This document shows positions 59,053 through 60,400 of a stretch of DNA of 60,400 nucleotides, piece after piece. Both the position numbers and the translations under genes were made by a program. Location: the IMG/VR virus record IMGVR_UViG_3300022689_000334, positions 1 to 60,400 of that record, one strand, 5' to 3'. The number at the start of each line of letters is the position of its first letter. Position 1 is the stretch's first letter. The notes beneath the pieces are model-generated. The model was not told the origin of the DNA, did not search any database, and saw only the letters and a program-made list of their open reading frames with translations. This DNA is from a virus (Duplodnaviria > Caudoviricetes).

Positions 59053-59383
59053 CCCCGATGGGGGGGCGGGGTCTTCCCGCCCCTTCCAGGGGCCGCAGAA
59101 TAAACACGAAAACACCACCTAAAGCCATGAAACCGCAACTACCGTTGACCCTGTATCACAACCTCATCCTTAGAAGCCTGGACAACCGTTGTCATCCCTG
59201 AGGAACCGAGCATCCAAAGAATTTAAGTTTTCCAAGTTTGGTAGCGTGGTGTGCTATCGGCAGGGGGGTCGGAGATTGACCCCCTTTTTTTTGAAAAATA
59301 CTTGCCAACTTTGGCCGAAGTCGTGTTATTATTAAGGGGTAAAGACAAACACCGCTAAACACCACCCCACAGGAGAAACCGCC

Positions 59384-59521
59384 ATGCCCATGCTGAAATC
59401 TCACGAGTCCCCCCGCTCCACCGGTCGCAACGCCAAGGGAAAGGGCGGGTCTGCCAGGGCGCGGCAGCTCAAGAAGCGCACCCAGGTTCTACGCAAGGGC
59501 TTGAAGGCCAAGTCTGAGTAG
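59384..59521 (+). CDS. 45-aa highly basic peptide (not in ORF track)
   Basis: MPMLKSHESPRSTGRNAKGKGGSARARQLKKRTQVLRKGLKAKSE; AGGAG RBS, full cassette promoter, downstream hairpin. Confidence 0.7.
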   Translation: MPMLKSHESPRSTGRNAKGKGGSARARQLKKRTQVLRKGLKAKSE

Positions 59522-59627
59522 GCCGACCCCCTATGACCCCTGACCCGGTTAACCCCTGTCAGGGGTCGTAGAATGGCCCTGATACTGAACACCGCAAGAC
59601 ATCACAGACACCACAGGAACCCTGACC

Positions 59628-59882
59628 ATGACCCCACAACACCCGCTACAAGGCAACGACCTGAACGAACTGTTTGCAGCTGCACAAGCTCTGATCCAGG
59701 AAGAGGCTCAGCAATATCTTGCCGAGGCTGAGACCCGCAGGCAAGAACTGGATGAAAAACTGACCCGACTACTGCAAGGACAGGGCACTCACCCTCAGGT
59801 CAACACCGAGGATGTGATGCGGACCCTGCAAGATATAAACCTGCGCATCCTGCTGGCAAAGAAACGTATCCAGCTTGGTTAG
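59628..59882 (+). CDS. Hypothetical coiled-coil protein
   Basis: AGGA RBS, CACCAC-rich leader. Confidence 0.65.
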   Translation: MTPQHPLQGNDLNELFAAAQALIQEEAQQYLAEAETRRQELDEKLTRLLQGQGTHPQVNTEDVMRTLQDINLRILLAKKRIQLG

Positions 59883-59990
59883 CAGTAAGCAGGGGCGCTC
59901 AACCTGCCAGCAGGTGTTGACAACGCCCCTCCCTGCCCTTAAAATTATAAACAGGTAAATACAAACATCACACCACAGGAGACCCACACC

Positions 59991-60400
59991 ATGAGTCGCT
60001 ACGACATGACCGCTGATACTGTCTTGAGATTGGCCCGAGGGGGTCAGGCTACCCCTGGATGGGCCATTGTTCATCTGCTCAGAATCCTTCGTCGCAACAT
60101 CACCCGGTTTCTGCTAGCAGACCTCTACGAACTGCTTCAGGCTATGGACTGCACCCTGGAAAAGTTGGATGACAAGTTGGATGAGGCAGCGTCCACGATT
60201 GAAGACCTGGATCGCCTCATGTTGGAGAGCAAGTTTGAAGACCTGGATGAGAAGTTGGAGGGGTTGAAGGACGAGCTGGAAAGTATTGCTAGTAGCGTCA
60301 GTGCCTTTGCGTACAGTAATGGCGGAGTTGCTTCAGCATTAATTTCACTGCCATTACGCTACATGCATACCACCGTAGAGATGGTGCACGAAGCAGATGT
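59991..60400 (+). CDS. 3'-truncated hypothetical protein
   Basis: MSRYDMTADTVLRLARGG... open to the window end; TTGACA promoter, leader motif, AGGAG RBS. Confidence 0.65.
   Translation, partial: MSRYDMTADTVLRLARGGQATPGWAIVHLLRILRRNITRFLLADLYELLQAMDCTLEKLDDKLDEAASTIEDLDRLMLESKFEDLDEKLEGLKDELESIASSVSAFAYSNGGVASALISLPLRYMHTTVEMVHEAD

Larger units (their letters stand above)
1..60400. mobile_element. Temperate cyanobacterial siphovirus-like phage/prophage (Mu-like head module, terminase-packaged), partial
   Basis: Terminase, portal, protease, capsid, tail tube and tape measure genes, a replication module and cyanobacterial-type DnaB, Ycf46-like, DUF1257 and DUF2997 genes. Shared regulatory motifs run from 1.7 kb to 60 kb, indicating a single element. 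Confidence 0.93.

Noticed and set aside
1-60400. Dispersed leader or palindrome motifs as CRISPR repeats or integron attC sites
   Set aside because: Irregular kb-scale spacing, both orientations, promoter context, no attC-like structure, and no integrase in the window.
1-60400. Integrase, transposase, reverse transcriptase/DGR, tRNA or rRNA genes, tail sheath
   Set aside because: No recognisable motifs were found by eye; they may lie outside the window.

Overview
The whole window looks like part of one temperate cyanobacterial siphophage, prophage or phage-plasmid. No host housekeeping genes, integrase or attachment site are visible. Layout: (1) a divergent repressor-like/RHH pair and replication module (initiator, DnaB, primase-like, DNA methylase, RusA-like) at about 1-12.4 kb on the + strand; (2) a minus-strand virion operon with Mu-like head genes (terS, terL, portal-gpF fusion, M15 endolysin, protease/scaffold, decoration, capsid, gp36, gpG) and a sheathless tail, ending in a glycosyltransferase-radical SAM fusion and a methyltransferase (49.1 to 12.4 kb), interrupted by islands of small independently promoted accessory genes; (3) an early-type + strand region with DUF5131, DUF1257/DUF2997/Ycf46-like AAA ATPase genes. 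Most notable observations: six proteins share a C-terminal '-(W/F/V)ML' tail (four tandem WGR-like paralogues, the AAA ATPase and a DUF3150-like protein); a secreted PatX-like protein carries the heterocyst-morphogen motif RGSGR; a probable 6S-like RNA; a stand-alone EAL c-di-GMP phosphodiesterase; a 14-bp quasi-palindrome ACTTYGGCCRAAGT present about 28 times (stoperator-like); a promoter-leader motif GGTAAAGACAAAACACC present about 25 times; and a GTGGCTTAAGCCAC palindrome before late genes. All family calls come from motif recognition by eye, not database searches, and motif counts are manual.
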